Assembly: GCA_000146045.2 (NCBI GenBank)
Contig: BK006949.2
Location: 512,001-576,000, forward strand
DNA length: 64,000 nt
Direction: 5' to 3'
Source: TPA_inf: Saccharomyces
Lineage: Eukaryota
Shown: positions 55,269 to 64,000 of the stretch, piece by piece
How positions within the stretch are numbered: position 1 is the stretch's first letter
Layout of the letters: every line of letters begins with the position of its first letter
The notes under the pieces: model-generated
What the model was told of the DNA's origin: nothing
Databases searched by the model: none
The model's input: the letters and a program-made list of their open reading frames with translations, nothing else
Made by a program: the position numbers and the translations under genes

Positions 55269-56996
55269 TCAAAATTGCGTTTCGGTAAAGCTCTCACCAG
55301 ATGTACTTAAAGTTTGGGATGAAGCACCGTTTTGGACAACTTTCATTAAGGAATCAACATATTCTGCACCAGACCATAGCTGGTGTGTCATGATATCACA
55401 ATTAGTCTCCTTTTCCCGTTTTTGCACTTTTTCGACGTATGCTTTCATTCCGTCACTTTGGAAGCTATTGGCTAATTCCCAGAATGATACTCCATCTGAA
55501 TGCAGACCGGCAAGGGAAACCAGTTGCAACGTGAAGCCTTCTTTTGCCAAGTCCCATACGAAGGATTTTAATGCCTTATCATCAAAGCCGTGAGCGCTCC
55601 AATTGAAACTAGGAGATAAGTTATATACTAGCTTGGTAGCTGGAAGTTGTTTATGAATTTTTCTTGAAAATGAGCGTGCCTGCTCCAGGTCAGGAGTTTT
55701 CGTTTCCAGCCAAATCATATCAGAATATGGGGCAAACACCAAAGATCTTCTAATAGCTGCTTCAATACAACCGTTAAACATGTAATATCCCTCTTTGGTC
55801 CTCGGAGCATCCCAGTCAAATATAATTTTCTTTAGTGGTGTCACTTCTTGAGCTAAAAGTTTCATTTCTCTTAAGCTTAGGTATGCTCTACCCAGCTTGT
55901 TTACCATAAGGTCTTCCTTCTTTTCTTTATAGCTTTCAAACTCGCTTGCCGTAAACTGCTTTTCTAAGGCCTCTTCAAATGTAAACAGCTCATTTTCATG
56001 GTACCATTCTTTTTCCATGTCAGCAATGGCGGAGTTGGGAATTTTTTTGTCCTCCATCTCAATCAATTTTTCGCTCCAAGGCACCACGTTATCTCTTATT
56101 ATACCCCTAATGAATTCGTGGTCTCTCGGATCACTGCTTGAACTCAACAGCTTACCATTACAGGAATCTGTTCTTGCAATAACCAAATTTTCTGTCCCCA
56201 TGATATCCCATTGAAACCTGGTGGAAATCAATCTCATAAGATGTGTTGCTGTGGGCACCAAAACAGCCCCACTTAGATGGCCACACCTTTTGCCTCCCAC
56301 CATCTGATCTTCAAGATGAATACCAGCAGCCCCTTTCTCCGCAAACAACTTAGCAACTTTCATTACAGTCGTTGGGCCACCGTGACCCATGTCTGCGTCC
56401 GCGATAATTGGTTTTAAATAATCAACAGGAGTAGAACCTTTGATGGAGGCCTCCAAGAAAGCCTTTCGATCGTGCAATTGCTGCGCCTTGAATATTCTCT
56501 CCACTTGATTCGGCACAGTATCGTATGGATAATCGCCAAAATCCGGCGATACTTCATTTGTAGATCCAACTAATGTGGAAGAACAAGCCCAACCAGATAT
56601 GTAAGCAACTTTGATATTTCTGCAACGGGCCAACTGACTCATTTGTACAGGATCGATAACTCCCAACGTGTGAAGTGGAGTACCATTCTTGAAATTCTCT
56701 TCTAGTAAGTTGAACAGCTTTCGAGCTTGATAAGATGAAGGATAAATTGAAGTATTAGCAGGAAGGCTGCCCCGATGCTTTACAACATCCGTAGCTGAGT
56801 ATGGACGACTGATATTCTTAAATCTGGCTGATTCCCACCATTCTTCTACTTTACTTGATTCCGAGAACACGAAGTCTTTAGTACTGCTTGCCCCGTTGAA
56901 AGATCTTCGCAGTGACTTGTCTGATGACAAAACCAGCTTCTTCAGTGTTCCCGTAGTTTTTCTATTGAAAGTTTTGTTGTTAATCATTGTAATCAT
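55269..56996 (-). CDS. ICL2: Mitochondrial 2-methylisocitrate lyase Icl2, 575 aa.
   Basis: The isocitrate-lyase family signature reads GGKRCGHLSG, in a PEP-mutase/ICL barrel. The length is 575 aa. Confidence 0.93.
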   Translation of the reverse strand: MITMINNKTFNRKTTGTLKKLVLSSDKSLRRSFNGASSTKDFVFSESSKVEEWWESARFKNISRPYSATDVVKHRGSLPANTSIYPSSYQARKLFNLLEENFKNGTPLHTLGVIDPVQMSQLARCRNIKVAYISGWACSSTLVGSTNEVSPDFGDYPYDTVPNQVERIFKAQQLHDRKAFLEASIKGSTPVDYLKPIIADADMGHGGPTTVMKVAKLFAEKGAAGIHLEDQMVGGKRCGHLSGAVLVPTATHLMRLISTRFQWDIMGTENLVIARTDSCNGKLLSSSSDPRDHEFIRGIIRDNVVPWSEKLIEMEDKKIPNSAIADMEKEWYHENELFTFEEALEKQFTASEFESYKEKKEDLMVNKLGRAYLSLREMKLLAQEVTPLKKIIFDWDAPRTKEGYYMFNGCIEAAIRRSLVFAPYSDMIWLETKTPDLEQARSFSRKIHKQLPATKLVYNLSPSFNWSAHGFDDKALKSFVWDLAKEGFTLQLVSLAGLHSDGVSFWELANSFQSDGMKAYVEKVQKREKETNCDIMTHQLWSGAEYVDSLMKVVQNGASSQTLSTSGESFTETQF

Positions 56997-57335
56997 CGGC
57001 GAAATACTAGAAAAGTCGAAATCGATATTATTATCGGCGCTGTAGCTTCTTTAGGCCACTAGTACTTTTATAAGCTCTTCAACCGCAACAAAAGTTAAGA
57101 AATAAGAGAGTTATTCTTAAGCCCATTTTTTACATTATATAGTGTACGTATGATATCGCTAGCATGATGTTAGTGTTTCGGCGCTTCTAATTGAAGAGCA
57201 TATCCTTTTCTTCTCCAATGCACTTTTATTTCTTTCCCCGCAAGCATATTCGGCCCGGATCTCGGACTTGGATCATTAACCTGAGGACAGCGGCTAGTAA
57301 CCGCTGTCGCTCATATGGAAGGAGAAAATAAAAAT

Positions 57336-59378
57336 TCAGGCATATACAATTATTTCGTCCTCTCTTCTCAGTTTAAGATCTTTAGTTACCGCATCTGCAA
57401 CAGGATATTCGTTCAACTTGACCATCCCTTTCGTAGCCAAATTCAGTAAGGATAGGAAGGCACTGGCGGCTATCTGTCTGCTGACACCTCTTTCTACATC
57501 ATCAAAGTTAGCTCCCGTTTGAGCTTCGCCCATGCGGCTTGGGATGATGTCAACCAACAGCATCTTTCTCTTGAAAGGCGGATTGGAGCGCGTTGTTCTT
57601 CCGACAACAATTGATCTTTCTTTGATGTAATCGTAGAATTTTTTAGTTTGATAATCCAGAATGACGTCTTGAAAATTTGTTTTGTCCTGCTGCAAATTTT
57701 GCTGAGAGCCATCAGAAAAACAACTGTTGCTGGAATCGTCTTCCTCGGCAAAATTCTGTTCAGATGGCCCGACTCTCCTTCTGAGAGCACCAACTATATC
57801 TTCATTGAAACCACTAGACCTGGTTGAGTTTCTGGTATGACTTCTTCCAAAACTTGAAGGAGGTAGATTCAAATTAAAATCTAGGATGTTACCTTGAGAG
57901 TTTTCTTCAATATAGTGCCCATCTTCCAAATCCTCATTAATTTGTTCAAGGTTTAAAAGTAAATTATCATTTTCCATATCGGAAGAATAATTATCGTTCT
58001 TATTATTGCGAAAACTTTTCCTACCATATTCGTGACTTCTGGTACTACTTGAGCTTTGGGTTGATACTAAAGAATGTGCTCTTTTTCTCCCTCTTTCAAC
58101 TGAACTAAAACCTTGGGGATATAAGTCCCATTCGCTAGTCTTTATATTGGAAAAGTCGTTAAATATACTTAACCAATTTGTTGAAAAAAATTCTTCCTCA
58201 CCACATGACCTTACCAAACTACTTATGTTAGAGGTGAGAAAATTTTGGCCGGTTAGTTTTCTAATCCTGTTTTTTTCCATTAAGTGACTGTAATTTCCAT
58301 GGTTGAATTTGAGAACTTCATTTGGATAACTCGTTTTGGCATCAAATTGTACCTTAGAAAATTGCCCACCTACATCGGCGCGATGTCCTCTTTGCATTCT
58401 GGTGTTAAGTTTCTGTTGAAGATCGTTTTCTTCTTCAGAAGCCTGCGCTTCTAACCCCAATTCGTAGTCTTTGAGATTGGCTACCGGCCCTTCATTTTCA
58501 ACTGATGTATCTTCTCCTCCATTACTGTTATTTTCATTATCGTTCTCAAAATTCAACACCAATTCATCTCCTTGATAATTAAACTTGAAATCGTTTCCAT
58601 CCTTCTGTGAACTTGAGTGAGAGCCTAAAGGTGTCCCCTGATGGCTCACTATATCATCTAAGTCCAGGTTAAAGTCCACATCAACGGGAATTTCATCCAG
58701 CGGAAAAGAATTTCTAACGTTAGATCCTAGATTACTTTGCGCGTCTGAGTTAGTCATGTCCCCATGAAGCTCGAACCTGTTAGAATTACTTAACTCATTG
58801 ATGTAGTCTTGTCTCCTTATTGATTTAGCTTCCTCAATAAAAGATACATTATCTTGGAGAGTAGTGTTAAGAAACTCCAGTGCGGGAACTTTAGTAATAT
58901 CATATAAGGGATCGTCATCGAAAAAAACGCATTCTTCCCAGGTGTAATTATTGTTTTTGTTTCCTATAATACTGTTATTACTATTCAATCCATTAATCCT
59001 CGTAGACTTATTTTTGGCCTTAAAAGCGTATACATCATTTTTTTGTAACTGCACAAGCAGGTGATTTAGGTCATTCAACACATACTCGGTTTTTTTATTA
59101 TAGCAAATTGTCACTCCATATAAAAGATTAGAAATGTATCTAAGAGAAAAATCATTTTCGAAATTTTGAATTTCATCACATGTTTTTGGTATGGAAATAT
59201 TTACGATGTCTTTTTTCTTAACGGTGGATGAAGATATGTTTCCAGTGGAGTTGCTTTTGTTTGAATAATAATTGTTACTTTCCTTTACAATGGAATTTCC
59301 CAACGCAGAAAGCAACCACACTGTTGTGAGGCCCTTATATTTCTTGTCATCTTTAAAGTTCAACGAAAGAGGTGCCAT
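57336..59378 (-). CDS. REC8: Meiosis-specific cohesin kleisin subunit Rec8, 680 aa.
   Basis: It has the N-terminal kleisin (Rad21/Rec8) domain and a C-terminal winged-helix domain. The length is 680 aa. URS1 and MCB motifs lie upstream. Confidence 0.9.
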   Translation of the reverse strand: MAPLSLNFKDDKKYKGLTTVWLLSALGNSIVKESNNYYSNKSNSTGNISSSTVKKKDIVNISIPKTCDEIQNFENDFSLRYISNLLYGVTICYNKKTEYVLNDLNHLLVQLQKNDVYAFKAKNKSTRINGLNSNNSIIGNKNNNYTWEECVFFDDDPLYDITKVPALEFLNTTLQDNVSFIEEAKSIRRQDYINELSNSNRFELHGDMTNSDAQSNLGSNVRNSFPLDEIPVDVDFNLDLDDIVSHQGTPLGSHSSSQKDGNDFKFNYQGDELVLNFENDNENNSNGGEDTSVENEGPVANLKDYELGLEAQASEEENDLQQKLNTRMQRGHRADVGGQFSKVQFDAKTSYPNEVLKFNHGNYSHLMEKNRIRKLTGQNFLTSNISSLVRSCGEEEFFSTNWLSIFNDFSNIKTSEWDLYPQGFSSVERGRKRAHSLVSTQSSSSTRSHEYGRKSFRNNKNDNYSSDMENDNLLLNLEQINEDLEDGHYIEENSQGNILDFNLNLPPSSFGRSHTRNSTRSSGFNEDIVGALRRRVGPSEQNFAEEDDSSNSCFSDGSQQNLQQDKTNFQDVILDYQTKKFYDYIKERSIVVGRTTRSNPPFKRKMLLVDIIPSRMGEAQTGANFDDVERGVSRQIAASAFLSLLNLATKGMVKLNEYPVADAVTKDLKLRREDEIIVYA

Positions 59379-59522
59379 TGCAGAATATTTGTAATATTAA
59401 TCTATATATAGCAAATGCTTTAGAGTTGCTGAGGCTAAAAAGAAATTATAGAACAACTATAAAATATTAAGTCCGGATACACTGCTTCCTTTATACCATG
59501 CCCTTCCCTTTATAGTGTAAAA

Positions 59523-59564
59523 ACGCGTAATCTTAATCAATCTGATATATTGGTTTGCCGCCGA
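59523..59564. promoter_or_regulatory. REC8 promoter elements: an MCB ACGCGT (59523-59528) and a URS1 core TGCCGCCGA (59556-59564, equivalent to TCGGCGGCA on the minus strand), 145-185 bp upstream of the REC8 ATG.
   Basis: URS1 (GGCGGC core) is the Ume6 site of early meiotic genes. MCB is the MBF site of premeiotic/G1-S genes. Both are exact matches in the correct promoter. Confidence 0.6.
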
Positions 59565-59714
59565 AGTCAAGTTCTCCTGCTAAAACGAGACAAAAAGAAC
59601 ACGTGAAAGAAGAAAGAAAAACGTTACGATAAAATAAGTTTTATACCTACTTTCATATCTACCAAAGGAACACAATGAATTGCCGTATGTTATTCTTGAA
59701 GTAAGAGTCAAGTA

Positions 59715-59788
59715 TTATTTATGGACTAGTATTCACGTTACTAGTACATTATCACATGCGGTGTAAGAAGATGATATAAAAATTGAGG
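59715..59788 (+). mobile_element. An approximately 75-bp internal fragment of a tau/delta-like LTR in + orientation (…TTACTAGTACATTATCACATGCGGTGTAAGAAGATGATATAAAAATTGAG).
   Basis: It aligns to positions of about 35-110 of the older LTR at 48420-49160. It is truncated at both ends. The boundaries are uncertain by about 10 bp. Confidence 0.5.
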
Positions 59789-60173
59789 GACAGTAATCAA
59801 ATTCAACGGAAGTCAAAAAGGAAGGATTGGTAATGTATAATATCGAAAAATGTGCGAAATAGTTGATAATTGTTGGAGTTTTATAGTTGTTAAAGGCTAT
59901 AATATTACGTATTTAGAATATACTAGAATTTCTCTATGAGAAGAACCCACGAAGAGATCGATATTCTCGATATAATGGCATTATTGTTATCCTTTTCATC
60001 TTATGTGACTGTCATTCATCATCCTACTAAATTATCAATCCTTGCAATTAGCTTCTATTACACCTGATGACTGTTTTTCAATCTTTATGTGATCTTTTTA
60101 CACCCAATGTGATAAAGTACTAGTAACATGAATACTACTAAACAGATGATACTTTAGAGTTTTCATTCCAACA
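59789..60173 (-). mobile_element. A near full-length copy, about 385 bp, of the same tau-like LTR as 48420-49160 but in inverted (minus) orientation. The TGTTGGAATGAAAACTC terminus reads as GAGTTTTCATTCCAACA at 60157-60173 on the + strand.
   Basis: Its reverse complement aligns end to end with the older LTR at 48420-49160. I estimate more than 85 percent identity over the long central block. It lies 96 bp upstream of tG(GCC). Confidence 0.7.
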
Positions 60174-60268
60174 CTCAATTGTAAAAATAAGACAATATTA
60201 TGATTTTTTGGCTGTATAACCACATCTATTTAGTAGCAGGGTGACATGTTACTCCCACACAATACTTC

Positions 60269-60339
60269 GCGCAAGTGGTTTAGTGGTAAAATCCAACGTT
60301 GCCATCGTTGGGCCCCCGGTTCGATTCCGGGCTTGCGCA
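60269..60339 (+). tRNA. tG(GCC): tRNA-Gly (GCC), 71 nt, GCGCAAGTGGTTTAGTGGTAAAATCCAACGTTGCCATCGTTGGGCCCCCGGTTCGATTCCGGGCTTGCGCA, followed by a T5 terminator.
   Basis: It is identical to yeast tRNA-Gly(GCC), with no intron. The B box reads GGTTCGATTCC. It ends in ATTTTTCC. Confidence 0.95.
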
Positions 60340-61017
60340 ATTTTTCCCCCTCGCCCTGAAGGGCGTAACGTTAACGCTTCCGGTAATTTGCGAATAATTT
60401 TTCTTCCCATTTCCCCTTTCTTTTCCCTTTAACATGTGGAGCATAGCAGGCTCTTTACTTTTTTACGCATTCAGACAGTCGGGAGGTCAATTGGTGGTGC
60501 CGGTTGTGGGAAAGAGGTAATTTTATTTCCTTTATTGGACATGATTTCAATAGTCACATTGGGGCAGGAAAAAGAAAAGGGAGAAAAAAATTCAGTAAAG
60601 AAAAAAAATAAGAAAAAGAGAAAAGAAACAAGAGAGGGCTACAGATTTCTAAATATCCTTTTGCTGCACATTTTTTATTTACCTGCTAATTGGTCTTAGT
60701 AATACAGAGTCGTGCATTTCCACTTTATAAGAAAAAAAAAAGGGATAACAGCACCAGCACTTGATTGAAAACTAGAAAGTTCACGTTTTATAAGTCCTTT
60801 CCGTTCTCTTTATCAGTTATAATAAAAGAGCCAAGACAAAACGTGGCAGGGAAGCTTTTCCAAGGAAAAGAGGGTTGTAATATTAAACAAAAACCGTAAT
60901 CAAGCAAAATAAGACCCCGTGGTTTTTTATCATAGGAAAAGAGTTCTCTGTTGTCACTCTACCATATTTGACAAGAAAAAGGAAACAAAAGTATAGAAAA
61001 AAAAAACCTAAAAAATA

Positions 61018-63102
61018 ATGGTCTTGATAAATGGCATAAAGTATGCCTGTGAGAGGTGCATAAGAGGCCATAGAGTAACAACATGCAATCATACAGATCA
61101 ACCGCTTATGATGATCAAACCCAAAGGTAGACCTTCCACTACATGCGACTATTGTAAACAACTTCGAAAAAACAAGAATGCAAATCCTGAAGGTGTTTGC
61201 ACGTGTGGCCGGCTAGAGAAGAAAAAACTGGCACAGAAAGCCAAAGAAGAAGCAAGAGCTAAAGCCAAAGAAAAACAAAGAAAACAGTGTACCTGCGGGA
61301 CTGATGAGGTTTGCAAATATCATGCTCAAAAGAGACATCTAAGAAAGTCCCCTTCAAGTTCTCAAAAGAAAGGAAGATCCATTTCTCGTTCTCAACCAAT
61401 GTTTGAAAGGGTATTGTCTTCTACTTCACTTGACAGCAATATGTTATCCGGCCACGGAGCACTATCAGATACCTCTAGCATACTGACGAGCACATTTTTA
61501 GACAGTGAGCCGGGTGTTGGTAAAATTTCAAAAGATTACCATCATGTCCCTTCATTGGCCTCCATTTCATCCTTACAATCCTCGCAATCGTTAGATCAAA
61601 ATTTCAGTATACCACAAAGCCCGCCGTTATCTTCAATGTCATTTAATTTTCTCACGGGAAATATCAATGAAACCAACCAAAATCACAGTAATCATCAGCA
61701 TTCAAAATCAGGCAATAACTGGCAAGATAGTTCGGTAAGCTTGCCAGCGAAAGCTGATTCACGTCTTAACATGATGGATAAAAACAACTCTGTGGGTCTT
61801 GACCTATTAGGCCATTCAAAACGAATATCGCCGATATCAAACTCTCGTGTGGGCGAAGTTAGCGTTCCGCTAGAAGAATATATTCCTTCTGACATTGATG
61901 GGGTTGGAAGAGTTACTGATAAAAGCTCTTTGGTCTACGATTGGCCATTTGATGAAAGTATTGAGAGAAATTTCAGTACAACCGCAACCGCTGCAACTGG
62001 TGAAAGTAAGTTCGACATTAACGACAACTGTAATAGAATTAATAGCAAAAGTTATAGTAAGACTAATAGTATGAATGGAAACGGTATGAACAATAGCAAT
62101 AATAATAATATCAACAGTAATGGCAACGACAAGAACAATAACAACTCTTCTAGACAAGAACATCAAGGAAATGGACTATTTGACATGTTTACAGATTCAT
62201 CGTCGATTTCAACGCTTTCCCGTGCAAACTTATTATTGCAAGAAAAAATTGGTTCGCAAGAAAACTCTGTCAAACAAGAAAACTATTCGAAAAATCCTCA
62301 ACTTCGTCATCAATTAACTTCCAGAAGTAGATCATTTATTCATCATCCGGCAAACGAGTATTTGAAGAATACTTTTGGAAATTCACATAGTAATGACATC
62401 GGAAAGGGAGTTGAAGTGCTATCTTTGACACCGAGTTTTATGGATATTCCCGAAAAAGAAAGAGAAACGGAAAGATCGCCATCATCCAATTACATTACTG
62501 ACAGACCTTTCACTCGAAAACCTAGATCTTCTAGCATTGACGTAAACCATAGGTATCCACCTATGGCACCAACAACCGTAGCGACATCTCCCGGTGCATT
62601 GAACAATGCCGTAGCAAGCAATCTCGACGATCAACTGAGTTTAACATCACTAAACTCTCAGCCATCATCGATAGCAAATATGATGATGGACCCTTCAAAC
62701 CTAGCTGAGCAAAGTTCTATTCATTCAGTTCCTCAGTCAATAAACTCTCCGAGAATGCCTAAAACTGGAAGTCGCCAAGACAAGAACATTCACACTAAGA
62801 AGGAAGAAAGAAATCCGCTAAATAACATACACGATCTGTCACAATTGGAAAATGTACCAGACGAGATGAACCAAATGTTCTCCCCACCATTAAAAAGTAT
62901 GAATAGACCGGATGCCATAAGGGAAAATTCATCTAGTAGTAATTTCATAATCCAAGGAAATAGCATGATCTCTACGCCTTCCGGAAGGAATGACCTTCCA
63001 GATACCTCTCCAATGAGTAGTATTCAAACAGCGTCACCACCAAGTCAATTACTGACCGATCAAGGATTTGCGGATTTGGATAATTTCATGTCTTCGTTAT
63101 GA
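61018..63102 (+). CDS. HAA1: Weak-acid stress transcription activator Haa1, 694 aa, with a copper-fist-type zinc-binding DNA-binding domain.
   Basis: An N-terminal copper-fist domain is present (MVLINGIKYACERCIRGHRVTTCNH...CDYC), as in Ace1/Mac1. The length is 694 aa. Confidence 0.94.
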   Translation: MVLINGIKYACERCIRGHRVTTCNHTDQPLMMIKPKGRPSTTCDYCKQLRKNKNANPEGVCTCGRLEKKKLAQKAKEEARAKAKEKQRKQCTCGTDEVCKYHAQKRHLRKSPSSSQKKGRSISRSQPMFERVLSSTSLDSNMLSGHGALSDTSSILTSTFLDSEPGVGKISKDYHHVPSLASISSLQSSQSLDQNFSIPQSPPLSSMSFNFLTGNINETNQNHSNHQHSKSGNNWQDSSVSLPAKADSRLNMMDKNNSVGLDLLGHSKRISPISNSRVGEVSVPLEEYIPSDIDGVGRVTDKSSLVYDWPFDESIERNFSTTATAATGESKFDINDNCNRINSKSYSKTNSMNGNGMNNSNNNNINSNGNDKNNNNSSRQEHQGNGLFDMFTDSSSISTLSRANLLLQEKIGSQENSVKQENYSKNPQLRHQLTSRSRSFIHHPANEYLKNTFGNSHSNDIGKGVEVLSLTPSFMDIPEKERETERSPSSNYITDRPFTRKPRSSSIDVNHRYPPMAPTTVATSPGALNNAVASNLDDQLSLTSLNSQPSSIANMMMDPSNLAEQSSIHSVPQSINSPRMPKTGSRQDKNIHTKKEERNPLNNIHDLSQLENVPDEMNQMFSPPLKSMNRPDAIRENSSSSNFIIQGNSMISTPSGRNDLPDTSPMSSIQTASPPSQLLTDQGFADLDNFMSSL

Positions 63103-64000
63103 TAAATTTGCTTTTCGTCTCTTGCTTCTCTGTAACTGTAGTTTTCCTCCTCCCACATATATATATATATATACACTTTTATACACCTAATAATATCATC
63201 GGCATTATGATTGCTTATACATTTTCATAATCAATATTACTGTTCACCATTTGAATCACTGCAGAAATATGCACTGCGCCTTCTTTTTCTTTGCCTGAAG
63301 CACCCACACACAAGAACAGGAATGTGAATGGCCTCCCCATCTCACTTTTACTTAATAGTATTCTGACAATATAAGGTATCAGAGAGTAAGACCATTATTA
63401 GGCAAACAATAATCTTCAGAATTTTTAGTAGCGCATTCTCAACCTTTCTAGGTGCGTTTTTCTAATGAAATAGTATCGTTTTCCTTCCGCATTCCTTGCG
63501 TAGTTTGTTGTGTAAATATAGCAATAAGAAACCCTATAAATCATTATGATGTAACTCCCGATTCTTTTAAATAATTACATAAACTAGGAAGGCAAGTCCG
63601 AACACGCAGAGATGAGGTATTTGCACTCAATGACAAATCTAGGTTTAAACTACGGGGCTCCATACCTTATCTCTTCACTTATCAAAAGTAGGCAAAAGAA
63701 AAGAAAATAAATATAATTTCTTTTTCTGCAGGCAAGATTTTAAAAGAACTTGCGCGTCCTCTGTGCAATCTACCTGGGGAGTCTCGGGCTTTAACCGCTC
63801 CCCATTCTAAACTGCTTCCATTGACGTGTACTATACTGCTCACTTCTTGCTCTTCGAGCAACAAAATCTGTATTACGTTTCTTACACTAGTCGAGTGAAA
63901 GAGATAAGATACCCACTTTTACTTGCCGGGAGAATGGAAAAGAGAAAACGGAAGAAAGGGCTTAAATACATTTTCCTTTAATATGAACATCCTACTGTAA

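Noticed and set aside
60436-60699. An 87-aa ORF downstream of tG(GCC) with a Lys-rich segment.
   Set aside because: The Lys-rich part is the translation of a purine/A-rich promoter tract upstream of HAA1, and there is no domain. It is most likely HAA1 5' regulatory sequence.

Overview
This window is Saccharomyces cerevisiae chromosome XVI, the pericentromeric region YPL020C to YPR008W spanning CEN16. It is a densely annotated region rather than a novel system. I recognised 27 protein-coding genes from ORF length plus recognisable protein motifs. Every length equals the S288C reference protein length I remember, after trimming a few ORF-track N-terminal extensions to the correct internal ATG. 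The genes run left to right: ULP1(-), VTC3(-), CTF19(+), IRC15(-), SWI1(+), HST2(-), CIP1/YPL014W(+), MRPS16(-), RRP12(+), TAF3(-), RET3(+), RQC2/TAE2(-), CHL1(+), TFC8(-), NCR1(+), AEP3(+), LSP1(-), ULA1(+), SNF8(-), HAT1(+), then CEN16, then CIT3(+), PDH1(+), tF(GAA) with an intron(-), a nested Ty LTR cluster, YPR003C(-), AIM45(-), HAL1(-), ICL2(-), REC8(-), a second LTR cluster, tG(GCC)(+) and HAA1(+). CEN16 is a point centromere with CDEI ATCACATG, an approximately 81-bp AT-rich CDEII and a CDEIII containing TTCCGAA. I also saw trinucleotide tracts encoding poly-N/poly-Q in SWI1 and poly-E in RQC2. Textbook promoter motifs are present: a Pho4 E-box cluster at VTC3, PAC/RRPE at RRP12, URS1 plus MCB at REC8, a CRE at HAL1 and STREs at LSP1. 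The methylcitrate-cycle genes CIT3, PDH1 and ICL2 sit together just right of the centromere. The most structurally unusual features are the Ty LTR nests next to the two tRNA genes: a delta with an ATATC target-site duplication inserted into an older tau-like LTR, and a near-identical inverted copy of that older LTR 10.7 kb away. I found no evidence of an undescribed system. The many short ORFs in the supplied track that lie antisense to or inside these genes are spurious. All identifications rest on my own recognition of the sequences, not on a database search.
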